Origin: Vulcanimicrobiota bacterium
GTDB lineage: Bacteria > Vulcanimicrobiota > Vulcanimicrobiia > Vulcanimicrobiales > Vulcanimicrobiaceae
Assembly (NCBI GenBank): GCA_963714015.1
Contig: OY970223.1
Coordinates: 2,496,001-2,560,000, forward strand
Direction of reading: 5' to 3'
DNA length: 64,000 nt
How positions within the stretch are numbered: the stretch's first letter is position 1; each line of letters opens with the position of its first letter. This document shows positions 10,526 through 19,734 of this stretch, piece after piece. A model generated the notes under the pieces. That model was given only the letters and a program-made list of their open reading frames with translations, searched no databases and had not been told where the DNA came from. The translations under genes and the position numbers were made by a program.

Positions 10526-12121
10526 TTAAGGAAGTGTCAGCTGCCGGTGCTTCGGCACCGAATGCTCGGACGGAGGTGCAAAAGCCGAAATGTGTCCGCC
10601 GTTGTCGCTCACGTACACCATGCCGTTGGCGACCAACGTTCCGATGCGGCCTCCGCTCGGCAACGCGTAAGTCCAGAGCTGCGCGCCGGTCGCAGCATCG
10701 AAAGCGAATTCAGTCTGACCCGTGCTGTTTGCGATGTAGGCCACGCCGTTCGCGACGGTAATCGCCGAACGCGTTACCTGATCGTTGGTACCCGACCCGT
10801 CCGGACCGAACTGTGCGCTCCAGGCGGGAACCGGATTGAGCGTGCAGTTACTCTGGACGTTGAAAGCTGCCATGCCCGCCTGATAGCTGCCGAACGTTGC
10901 GGGAAGACCGACGTAAAGATCGTTCGTCACCGGATCGTAGGTAGTTTCGCCCTGGAAATCGCCGTTGTCGTTCGCCACGGAGATTTCGAGATATTGGACC
11001 GGCCCCTGGGCAATTGTCGAAACGTCGTAAAGCTCGAGCACCCCGGACTTGTTGAGCGCGGTGGCCATCTCCGGGCAGCCCGGCGGCGTGAAAATCACCG
11101 GAGTCGATCCGAAGTCCAAATCCGTGAGATTTGGACCGGAGGGCAGGTTGTTCGGATAGTTCGACGCGACGACCGTGCTCAGGTTCGGACTCAGCTCCAC
11201 GACCCGCTCGGCGTCTCCCGTGGTTTGCGGAATTCCGCTGGCCACGTCTGCATTGCCGGTTGCGATCAGAACCCGGTTGGTCGCGGGGTCGATCGATGCG
11301 CCGCCGCCACCCCAGATGCCGCCGCCGTTGCCGCCTTGCTGCGACGTGCCGCTAACCGGATAGAACGAACCGATGATCCGCGCGGTGGCGGTATTGATTG
11401 CGACGATATGCCCCTTCCATGGCTTGAAATCGCAGATAGAGCTGGTTTCGGCATAAAGGAATCCGTTCGCCGGATTGTAGGTCAATCCACCGTGCATGTT
11501 GTTGTGGATCGGATTGTCGCCGATCTTGACCGGCCAGCCTTTGATCCATGCGCCCGTCGATAGATTCAGCGCGTGTACTTGTTCGTTTCCGTCGCCGACG
11601 TAAATAATGTTGTGCGCGCGATCGATTGCGGGCGTTGCGCCCACGCCGAACTGCTGAGATCCGCCGCAAGTGGATACCGACGGCAGCTTCTTTTGCCAAA
11701 TGACGGCACCGGTCGCCGCATTAAGCGCGTAGATCGTAGCGCCGAAGCTCGACCCGAAGTACACGACGTTGGTCGGCGTGCCGTTGACCATGACGCCGCT
11801 GGCGAGAACGGGTTCGCGCATAGGACGCTTACCGACGGTGAACGACCAGACTTTTTGCAGCGAACCGACGTTGCCGGTCCCGACGACGGTTTCGTTCGGA
11901 TTGTATCCCGTACGCTGCAAATCGTAGCCGAACGAATCCCAATCGGTCTGAGGTGAACTGCGTGACGAACGCTGGACTTGGGCGTCGCGTCCGGGCACGA
12001 GCGAAGATAGGACATGCGATGGAATCGAGGACACTGAGCCTTCGCCGCCGCAAGCGGTCAGACCGGCAATCAACATAATGACAGTAAGGCGCGACAAAAA
12101 GCGACGCGGCTGCTCGTTCAT
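10526..12121 (-). CDS. PQQ-binding-like beta-propeller lipoprotein
   Basis: Lipobox LTAC, repeated ALNAATGxxxW / AFDAATGxxLW blades, GGGIWG, DLDFGSTP. Confidence 0.88.
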   Translation of the reverse strand: MNEQPRRFLSRLTVIMLIAGLTACGGEGSVSSIPSHVLSSLVPGRDAQVQRSSRSSPQTDWDSFGYDLQRTGYNPNETVVGTGNVGSLQKVWSFTVGKRPMREPVLASGVMVNGTPTNVVYFGSSFGATIYALNAATGAVIWQKKLPSVSTCGGSQQFGVGATPAIDRAHNIIYVGDGNEQVHALNLSTGAWIKGWPVKIGDNPIHNNMHGGLTYNPANGFLYAETSSICDFKPWKGHIVAINTATARIIGSFYPVSGTSQQGGNGGGIWGGGGASIDPATNRVLIATGNADVASGIPQTTGDAERVVELSPNLSTVVASNYPNNLPSGPNLTDLDFGSTPVIFTPPGCPEMATALNKSGVLELYDVSTIAQGPVQYLEISVANDNGDFQGETTYDPVTNDLYVGLPATFGSYQAGMAAFNVQSNCTLNPVPAWSAQFGPDGSGTNDQVTRSAITVANGVAYIANSTGQTEFAFDAATGAQLWTYALPSGGRIGTLVANGMVYVSDNGGHISAFAPPSEHSVPKHRQLTLP

Positions 12122-12286
12122 TGGACAACGATAACACGCGTCATAGGCCATGGCATGGGCCTAATTTGCTAGAACCTTCGCAAAGGAACGGTGCCGCGCT
12201 TGGCGCCCCGGACAGAGTGGGCCCTGGGGCCTCACGGCCCGCCTCGGCAGGACTTTCCGCGGTTTTCCGAACGCCGCTGCGCTGCG

Positions 12287-13435
12287 ATGATAGAGCTCAT
12301 GGCCAACATAGAGCCGCGCGGCCTTGCGACAAGGCGGCTGGGCAGCGTCCAAGCGTTACGCGCTGTGGCGGCCCTGCTTGTGGTCGTTTTTCATATCGGC
12401 AGCATGGAGACTCGATTTGCGGGCGGTTACTCGCTCGTTGCGCCCCTGGGCGATCTGGGGCGCCTCGGGGTGTACATCTTCTTCGTGATTAGCGGCTTCA
12501 TCATGATCACCACGAACTGGCAAGAATTCGGGAAACCGTCGGCGCCCAAGCGGTTCCTGCTCCGCCGGATCGTACGCATCGTGCCTCCGTATTGGATCGT
12601 ATCGGCACTGCTTCTGGTCGTATTCATAAAAGCGCCGCATCTGATGAACAGCAGTTCCCGCTATCCGACCAGCGTCGTGGATTCATTCCTTCTACTTCCG
12701 CAACGAGGCTATGCGCTGCTGATGGTCGGCTGGACGCTGGTCTTCGAGATGTATTTTTACTACGTTTTCACGATTGCCTTGGCGTTCGCCCGCCGGTATT
12801 TCGGGTTCATCGTACTTGGATGGCTCGTTGCGATGATCGCGCTTCACGCTGCCGCTGCGCATCATCCCTATAACGTCTACCTGTGGCTCGTCGGCGATCC
12901 GGCCAATCTGTTCTTCATTGCGGGCATCGTCACCGGCTACTTCGTTCTCAACGGCAAGGTTCGCGCGCCTTTGACGTGCGCTGCGCTCGGCCTTGTGTTG
13001 ACGCCGGTTATTTACTACAGTCACTGGTCCGGGTTCATCCGCAACGTACCATTGAACAGCTGGATCGGCGTGCTCATTACTGCGGCGCCCATTGCGCTGA
13101 TGCTGTATGGATTCGTTACCTCGGAGACTGCCGGTAAACTCCGTTTTTATCCGAGGTTGGTTCTGGTCGGCGACGCTTCCTACGCTCTGTATCTTTGGCA
13201 CGTCCCGGTACTAAGCGCATTGGCGCGGGTGTTCGCGCGCCTTCCGCTGCGTTCGCTGCCGCTTCATATCGCGGGCTGCCTGGCCGCGGTCGTCTTCACC
13301 GTCTGGTTTTCGATACAAATCTATCGGTTCGTGGAACGCCCTTTGCTCAGATACTTGGACGCCCGCCTCAATCTGCGCGAACATGCCGCGGTAGTGCCGG
13401 CGCTAACGCGTACCGCTACGGCTGACGTGACGTAG
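12287..13435 (+). CDS. Acyltransferase 3 (OafA-like) membrane O-acyltransferase
   Basis: LRAVAALLVVVFH, GVYIFFVISGF, RRIVRIVPPY, WTLVFEMYFY, GDASYALYLWH, VERP. Confidence 0.93.
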   Translation: MIELMANIEPRGLATRRLGSVQALRAVAALLVVVFHIGSMETRFAGGYSLVAPLGDLGRLGVYIFFVISGFIMITTNWQEFGKPSAPKRFLLRRIVRIVPPYWIVSALLLVVFIKAPHLMNSSSRYPTSVVDSFLLLPQRGYALLMVGWTLVFEMYFYYVFTIALAFARRYFGFIVLGWLVAMIALHAAAAHHPYNVYLWLVGDPANLFFIAGIVTGYFVLNGKVRAPLTCAALGLVLTPVIYYSHWSGFIRNVPLNSWIGVLITAAPIALMLYGFVTSETAGKLRFYPRLVLVGDASYALYLWHVPVLSALARVFARLPLRSLPLHIAGCLAAVVFTVWFSIQIYRFVERPLLRYLDARLNLREHAAVVPALTRTATADVT

Positions 13436-13437
13436 AA

Positions 13438-13469
13438 CGAAGGGCTCGAACCTTCAACCATTTGATGAA
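13438..13469 (-). repeat. Degenerate direct repeat of the tRNA-Lys(CTT) 3' part (att-like)
   Basis: cgaagggctcgaaccttcaaccatttgatgaa matches 15508-15539 at 29/32 positions. Confidence 0.75.
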
Positions 13470-13512
13470 TGAACTGGGCGGTTTTCCAGAACGGGGACGG
13501 TAAGGTTTCCGT

Positions 13513-14937
13513 TCAGCCCGCTGCCGGTGATTCGATCCGCGATTCGACTGCACGAGGTGAGAGCAGCGTTACCAGGACGCACAAGCCCGCGTTGGCAAAG
13601 AGCGCGATAAGTCCGGTGTTGATTCCCCACGGCCCGGTCGTCGAGTGCAAGGAGAGCACGGCGATTGCTTCGCCCGCGATCAAGCCTATACCGACCGCGT
13701 AGGCATTTACGCGTTTCCAGGTGACGCCCAGGATGACGCCCGGCGCCAGCTGGCTGATGCCGTTGTAAACGAGCAGTAAGAGATCGACGAGCGTCGTTTT
13801 TGCGAAAAACCATAGAATGAGCGCGAGGGCCCCGCAAATCAGTACCATCGGCCGAACCCAGCGCGTGTGACCCAGAACATTGCGAGACATGACGCTGGAG
13901 GCGCCGAGCAATAGGACCGAAGCGGGAAGCAACGCCGCCAAACATCCCGCTCCACAAATCACGCCGAGCACCCACGCAGGGAAAAACCGCTGCACAACCA
14001 GGAGGAATGACTGATCCGCGGCGGCGCCCTTCAGCCCCGGAACGAGCAATAGCGCCGTAAAGCCCGCGAACAGCATAAACGCGACCATCACCGTATAGAA
14101 CGGCATGAACGTCATGTTGCGACGGACCGTCTGTTCGTCTTTCGCGGAAAATATGGACGGCGCGCTTTGCGGAAACATGAATGCGCCCAGCGCGCTAAGC
14201 ACCACCGTCGTCGCGTACCACATCACGCCGTATTGCGATCCGCCCGCGGCAAGTACGAACCATGCCGGTTTTTGACGCATGACTTGGGTGACGACGTTTG
14301 CGGGCGATCCGAAGAAATGTATGGGTAAATATATTCCTGCGAATATTGCCGCTCCCAAAATCAGCGTGTCCTTGATAACGCTTGCCCAGGCTGCGCCGCG
14401 CAGGCCCGCGCTAAACACGAAAACGGCAATGAGACTGAACGCGATGGCTACCACGACGTTTGCATCGAACCGACCGTAGCCGGCAATGCCAAGGAGAATC
14501 TGAAGGCCCGTCAGTTGCAGAGTCACATATGGCACGATGAGGAAAAACTGCAGCAGCGCGACCGCCGTCCCGAGCGTTTTGCTGCCGTACCGGTCGATCA
14601 AGAAGTCGGGCCACGTCATCAATCCCCGCGCTTTGCCGATCCGCCAAACCGCGGGCAGTAAAAAGTACCCGACTACAAAGCCGATTGGCACATACGGGAT
14701 GATGTAGAATGACGGCGCCCCTTTACCGTAAGCCCAACCCGCAGCGCCCAGAAACGAGAAGGTGGTGTAAATCTCTCCGGCCAGCAGAATCCACAACAGC
14801 AACGCCCCGAATGAGCGGCCTCCGACGATGAACTCCTGCGGATCCATTCGAAAGCGGCGTACCGCGGTGAGCGCAAACGCGATCGTGCCGAACACGATGA
14901 TCGCGACAATCGATAAGGCAACGACGGACGAGCTCAC
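13513..14937 (-). CDS. Sodium:solute symporter (SLC5 family)
   Basis: GGRSFG, GEIYTTFSFLGAAGWAY, many TM helices. GTG start overlaps the upstream TGA (GTGA). Confidence 0.93.
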   Translation of the reverse strand: MSSSVVALSIVAIIVFGTIAFALTAVRRFRMDPQEFIVGGRSFGALLLWILLAGEIYTTFSFLGAAGWAYGKGAPSFYIIPYVPIGFVVGYFLLPAVWRIGKARGLMTWPDFLIDRYGSKTLGTAVALLQFFLIVPYVTLQLTGLQILLGIAGYGRFDANVVVAIAFSLIAVFVFSAGLRGAAWASVIKDTLILGAAIFAGIYLPIHFFGSPANVVTQVMRQKPAWFVLAAGGSQYGVMWYATTVVLSALGAFMFPQSAPSIFSAKDEQTVRRNMTFMPFYTVMVAFMLFAGFTALLLVPGLKGAAADQSFLLVVQRFFPAWVLGVICGAGCLAALLPASVLLLGASSVMSRNVLGHTRWVRPMVLICGALALILWFFAKTTLVDLLLLVYNGISQLAPGVILGVTWKRVNAYAVGIGLIAGEAIAVLSLHSTTGPWGINTGLIALFANAGLCVLVTLLSPRAVESRIESPAAG

Positions 14938-15122
14938 GTTCGCGCCCGCAGGGCGTCCGCCGCCAATAAGAAGAAGGGTATCGACAATACCCAAAATACG
15001 AGCCACGCGAATAGAAAAGGCAGCCCCGCTATACGCGGCTCGACGCGATTGACAAACGGCACTGCTGCGACGAGCATAACAACCGGTATCGCAGCCAGCG
15101 CGTACCGCGCTAGAATACGCAT
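14934..15122 (-). CDS. Small membrane partner of the symporter (DUF3311-like)
   Basis: 62 aa, two TM helices, PFVNRVEPRIAGLPFLFAW, translationally coupled to the symporter. Confidence 0.85.
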   Translation of the reverse strand: MRILARYALAAIPVVMLVAAVPFVNRVEPRIAGLPFLFAWLVFWVLSIPFFLLAADALRART

Positions 15123-15158
15123 CTTCGAGAACCCTTCACGCATTCCCAAGGCAATCCT

Positions 15159-15439
15159 ATGGCGGCGGAAACTAGCATCGATCGTTGCCGATCCTAGCCG
15201 TTCCAGCAAATTCGTGGGCAGACAGGCGGAGCTCGCGCTGCTCGTCGATTTCCGGACGATCCCATTGCCGCACTGACGCGGTCGTTTCCGGCCGTCGCAA
15301 AAAAAAACAGGCGCTGGTCGCAATCATGGAAGATGTGCATTGGGCGGACCGCGGAACTCTTGCGGTTCTGGACGAGCTCGCACCGCATCTGGCCAGACCC
15401 GGCTTTGTATACTTGCAACGTTTCACGGGCACGACGTAA
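15159..15439 (+). pseudogene. Internally deleted remnant of an AAA_16/STAND ATPase
   Basis: FVGRQAEL at 15211 and IMEDVHWADRGTL (EDVHWAD at 15329) lie in different frames with no Walker A between them. Confidence 0.6.
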
Positions 15440-15462
15440 ACGCCGGCAGCCCGATGTTTATT

Positions 15463-15500
15463 GGGCCTGCAAAACTTAGTTTTGCAGGCCCTTTTTCTTT
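15463..15500. terminator. Terminator hairpin downstream of the tRNA-Lys pair
   Basis: gggcctgcaaaact-t-agttttgcaggccc followed by tttttctttt. Confidence 0.75.
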
Positions 15501-15572
<72 letters not shown>

Positions 15573-15577
15573 TCGTT

Positions 15578-15650
15578 TGCGCCCTCCGGGACTCGAACCC
15601 GGGACCAATAGATTAAAAGTCTACTGCTCTACCAACTGAGCTAAAGGCGC
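15578..15650 (-). tRNA. tRNA-Lys(TTT)
   Basis: GCGCCTT/AGGGCGC acceptor stem, taga-ctTTTaa-tcta, GGTTCGAGTCC. Confidence 0.95.
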
Positions 15651-15659
15651 AGCCGCCAT

Positions 15660-15688
15660 AGTTTAGCCCGAATTACCCACTTTGACAA
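15660..15688 (-). promoter_or_regulatory. sigma70-type promoter of the tRNA-Lys pair
   Basis: TTGTCA-17 bp-TAAACT on the minus strand, ending 9 nt before the tRNA. Confidence 0.6.
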
Positions 15689-15786
15689 GACGCGTACCGG
15701 CTCTTGAATTGGCGGAGCAATAGGTCCGTCCTGCTCGGCGGCCTTCAAGGTGCCGGTTGTGAATCCGACTAAGGTTCACTCCCCAT

Positions 15787-17325
15787 ATGACGCTGGACGA
15801 TCTCCGGCTCAACGCAACGATCGCCGACGTCTTGCGTGAGAACGTGTTCGTTCGGCCCGATGCCGAAGCTCTGACCGACGGAACGCGTCGCATGACTTGG
15901 CGAGAGCTTCACGATGCGGCAGCCTCTTCGGCCTCACAATTTGCCGCGTTAGGCGTTCGCGCGGGCGACCGGATCGCCGTCGTCCTGTCCAACCAGATCG
16001 AAGCGATCGTTCTGTACTGGGCATGTGCGCTTTCGGGTGTGATTTTCGCGGGAGCCAATCCGCGGCTCGGGCACGACGATTTGGAGAAAGTTCTGCGGCA
16101 CAGCGGCGCTCGCTTGGCGTTCGTCGGCGACGACACGCTCGCTGCGCGAATCGGCGAACTCGCGCTTCCGGACCTGCGAGAAATCGTGCCGGTTGAGACG
16201 ACGGATCCGGTCGGTCTGTTCTCTCAGCCCCTGCGATCCAACGTACGGCCCGCATCGATCGCTCGCGAAGACGTGTTCGCCCTATGCTACACGTCGGGAA
16301 CGACGGGACGTCCAAAGGGCGCGCTATTGACGCACGGCAACTTGGTGTGGAATGCCGCCGTGATCTGCGACTTGCTCAAGTGCACGGCGCAAGACACGTT
16401 TTTGCTGACGGTCGGCGTCACGCACATCTTCGGTCTCTCGCCGGGCGTGCTGTCGGCCGCGATCGCCGGTTCGAAGTTGGTCGTTCTCAAGACCTTTGCG
16501 GCCGGCGCCGCGCTCGACTTGTGCGAATGGGAAGGCGTTACGGTGCTGCATGGTTCGCCGACTATGTTCGTGTTGGAACTCGCCGCGCAGCGCCGCGCGC
16601 CGCGCGATCTCGCTGCTCTTCGCACCGGCATTGTGGCAGCGGCGCCGGTTGCGCCGGAGCTGGTCGACGCCGTGCGCAGCGAACTGCATTGCGACGTGCA
16701 GATCGCCTGGGGGCTGACCGAAACCTCGCCCGCCGTGACGATGACGCTCTTCGACGATCCGCCGCAAGCGCGTCGCGAAACCGTCGGCCGCCCCATACCC
16801 GAAGCGCAGATCAAGATCGCGCGGGAAGGCTTCGAATTCGGCGAAGTGCTCGTCAAGAGCCCTGGTGTCTTTCGCGGGTACTTCAACGATCCGGAACTTA
16901 CGCGTAACGCGTTCACGCCGGACGGATGGCTGCGCACCGGAGATCTGGGCCAAATCGACAGCGCCGGCTTCCTATGCCTGAGAGGACGCCAAAAAGAAAT
17001 CATCATCCGCGGCGGACTGCACGTCTATCCGGATGAAGTCGAGCATTTGCTCGCAGAGCTTCCTTGGGTCGATTCCGTTGCGGTAATCGGCATTCCCGAT
17101 TCGGTCTTGGGCGAGCGCACTTGCGCGTGCGTGGTGGTGAATGAGGCCGCAGCGGTGCCCGGCGATCTTTTAGCGGCAGTGCGCGCGGCGATCGCTCAGC
17201 GGCTCGGGGATTACAAGGTCCCGGATGCGGTTTTGCGCGTTGCGGAACTGCCTCGAACGGCTACCGGCAAGGTGCTGCGCGGCGCGCTACGCCAAGACGC
17301 TATCGCGCGCATCACCGCGAACTAG
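15787..17325 (+). CDS. Class I adenylate-forming enzyme (acyl-CoA ligase)
   Basis: YTSGTTGRPKG, WGLTET, RTGDLG, GRQKEIIIRGG, LPRTATGK. Confidence 0.95.
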   Translation: MTLDDLRLNATIADVLRENVFVRPDAEALTDGTRRMTWRELHDAAASSASQFAALGVRAGDRIAVVLSNQIEAIVLYWACALSGVIFAGANPRLGHDDLEKVLRHSGARLAFVGDDTLAARIGELALPDLREIVPVETTDPVGLFSQPLRSNVRPASIAREDVFALCYTSGTTGRPKGALLTHGNLVWNAAVICDLLKCTAQDTFLLTVGVTHIFGLSPGVLSAAIAGSKLVVLKTFAAGAALDLCEWEGVTVLHGSPTMFVLELAAQRRAPRDLAALRTGIVAAAPVAPELVDAVRSELHCDVQIAWGLTETSPAVTMTLFDDPPQARRETVGRPIPEAQIKIAREGFEFGEVLVKSPGVFRGYFNDPELTRNAFTPDGWLRTGDLGQIDSAGFLCLRGRQKEIIIRGGLHVYPDEVEHLLAELPWVDSVAVIGIPDSVLGERTCACVVVNEAAAVPGDLLAAVRAAIAQRLGDYKVPDAVLRVAELPRTATGKVLRGALRQDAIARITAN

Positions 17326-19734
17326 TTCTTCTACTTCCTTCGAACAAAGGGGCGCAAAGTAGTAGTAACCTTGCGCGCGGCTGCAACCGCGCGTCAGCAA
17401 GAAGTCGCGCTGCTCGCACGTCTCCACACCTTCGGCCACGACGTCCATGCCGAGCGTCTGCGCCATCGAAATGATCGTTCCCGCAATTACACCCGAGCCG
17501 GGCGATTGGGGATCCAACGGCATAAACGAACGATCGATTTTCAACGCGTCGATCGAATATCGTTCCAGGTAGCTCAGTGAGGAGTACCCCGTTCCGAAGT
17601 CGTCGATTGAAATTCGGGTTCCGAGCGCCTTCAGGCCGTCGATGGTGGACGAAGCCGATGCGGCGCTCTCCATGAGAATCGACTCCGTCAATTCGAGATC
17701 CAAGTATTGCGCGGGCAGACCGGCGACGCGCAGCGCCTCCATTACCGTTGCTACAAGGTCCCCTTCCAGCTGCCGCGCCGAGATGTTCACGGCGACGGGC
17801 ACTGTCAAAATGTCCTGACGCTGCCAGTCGCGATTCTGCCGGCAAGCTTCGCGCAGCACCCACTCGCCCAGAGGTACGATGAGCCCCGTCTCTTCGGCCA
17901 ATCCGATGAACTCGTCGGGCAACAGCACGCCCTTCTCGGGATGATTCCAGCGGACGAGCGCTTCCAGCGAAATGATCCGCTCCGTCCGCATCTCGACGAT
18001 CGGCTGGTAGGCCAGAAAGAGCTCTCCCTGCGCGATCGCTCGCCGAAGTTCGTTTTCCATGATGAAGTAGTTCATCGAACGCGCACTCATCGATTCGTCG
18101 AACAACACGTAGCTGTCGCCGGAGCGGCGCTTGCATTCGAAGAGCGCGATATCCGCCTGTTTGATCAGCGTGTCGGCATCGCCGGCATGCGTGGGATACA
18201 TCGCGATTCCAACGCACGCCGTAACGACAAACTCACGTCCTTCGATATGGAAGGGCCGGCGGACCGCCTCGAGTACCTTGCCCGCAACGGCGAGCACCTC
18301 GCTGACCCGGTCGATTGCGGGAAGCAGAAACACGAACTCGTCGCCGCCCATCCTCGCGACGGTGTCGCCGGCACGAATACATCCTCGGAGTCGCGCGCCG
18401 AGCTCTTGAAGCACCAGGTCGCCGGTGCGGTGCCCGAGCGAATCGTTGATGCTCTTAAAACGATCCAGATCCACAAAGAGCACTGCGACCATTCGCTTGT
18501 CGCGTTCGGCTTGAGACATCGCCATCGTCAAACGATCTCCCAAGAGCCGCCGGTTGGGAAGGTTCGTAAGCGGATCGTGATATGCCAGGTGTTCGATGCG
18601 CTGCTCGGCCGCTTTGCGATCCGTAATATCGACTGCGGTTCCGACAATGCCGGCCACTCTATCGCCTTGCGTGAGCGGCAGCAGACTGCAGGTGATCGTT
18701 CGCTGATGCCCGTCGGCATGTGCCAGGTGCGCTTCAAAGCGTCGTTCCTTAGCGCCTTCGCTCACAATGCTGTGAATCGCGCGCTGAACGTCCGGAAGCG
18801 AATCTGGTGCGAAGACGCGCGCGAGCGAAACGCCGATCAGCTGATGATGCCGGTACCCGGTCATCTGGGAGAGCCGCTGATTTGCAAGGATGAATTTGCC
18901 TGAAAGATCGAGAGAAAAGACGCCGTCGGATATCGTCTCCAAGATATTCTTCAGAAAGTCGTTCGTCTTTTCCAGAGCGGATTCTGCCCGTCGACCGCTG
19001 GTGACGTCGACGCCGATACACATCACGAACTGTCGGCCGTCGGCAAGCGTCACCCGTCGCTTTACGATTTGGACCTGGTGCTGAACGCCGGCACTGTCGA
19101 CAAGCCGGCGCGTTACGAACCGGGAGCGGCCCGTCGTAAGCACTTGCAAGTCCTCGACGGCATCGTTTTCCGCCTCGGCTCCGGATTGAACGAATGCGCC
19201 GATGGGCTTTCCGGTCATCTCTTCGATGGTCGTACCGTGCAAGTCCGCGTATGCTTGACTGACGAGAACGTACCGGCCTTCGCCGTCACGGATGCTCGCG
19301 TAGTTCGGGGTGAGATCGAAGACGCGCTGCAGGAGTTCGCCGCGAGCATTTTCGGTAAGCGCTGCTTTGACCAGCGCGGCATGATCTCGTATGGATCGCC
19401 GCAGCGAATCGGCTAAACGCGTCGTGTCCGCGAACAGCACGATGTCCTGCGCGCCTACGCTCGCCGCAAAACGAAGGACGGGCATGTCGATGACGGGCGC
19501 CGCGATCAACAGCGGCTTCGCCCCGGCGGCCTTGCGCATCGCATTCACTTCCTCTTCGCCATAGGAGGCGCGCGCGTCACAAACCAGCACGAGAGCATCG
19601 AGCACGTCTTTCGATTCCAGCACCTGTTCCAGACGCGCGACCCGGCGTACGTCGAAGCCCGCGGCATTCAGGACCGCAGCAAGATCTCCGGGCAGGTCAC
19701 CGCCGGCCTCCAGAAGGGCAACGCGTTCGCTCAA
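17287..19734 (-). CDS. Receiver-like-PAS-PAS-GGDEF-EAL c-di-GMP enzyme
   Basis: HDPLTNLPNR, RMGGDEF, LEALVRW, DDFGTGYSSL. Confidence 0.93.
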   Translation of the reverse strand: MSERVALLEAGGDLPGDLAAVLNAAGFDVRRVARLEQVLESKDVLDALVLVCDARASYGEEEVNAMRKAAGAKPLLIAAPVIDMPVLRFAASVGAQDIVLFADTTRLADSLRRSIRDHAALVKAALTENARGELLQRVFDLTPNYASIRDGEGRYVLVSQAYADLHGTTIEEMTGKPIGAFVQSGAEAENDAVEDLQVLTTGRSRFVTRRLVDSAGVQHQVQIVKRRVTLADGRQFVMCIGVDVTSGRRAESALEKTNDFLKNILETISDGVFSLDLSGKFILANQRLSQMTGYRHHQLIGVSLARVFAPDSLPDVQRAIHSIVSEGAKERRFEAHLAHADGHQRTITCSLLPLTQGDRVAGIVGTAVDITDRKAAEQRIEHLAYHDPLTNLPNRRLLGDRLTMAMSQAERDKRMVAVLFVDLDRFKSINDSLGHRTGDLVLQELGARLRGCIRAGDTVARMGGDEFVFLLPAIDRVSEVLAVAGKVLEAVRRPFHIEGREFVVTACVGIAMYPTHAGDADTLIKQADIALFECKRRSGDSYVLFDESMSARSMNYFIMENELRRAIAQGELFLAYQPIVEMRTERIISLEALVRWNHPEKGVLLPDEFIGLAEETGLIVPLGEWVLREACRQNRDWQRQDILTVPVAVNISARQLEGDLVATVMEALRVAGLPAQYLDLELTESILMESAASASSTIDGLKALGTRISIDDFGTGYSSLSYLERYSIDALKIDRSFMPLDPQSPGSGVIAGTIISMAQTLGMDVVAEGVETCEQRDFLLTRGCSRAQGYYYFAPLCSKEVEELVRGDARDSVLA

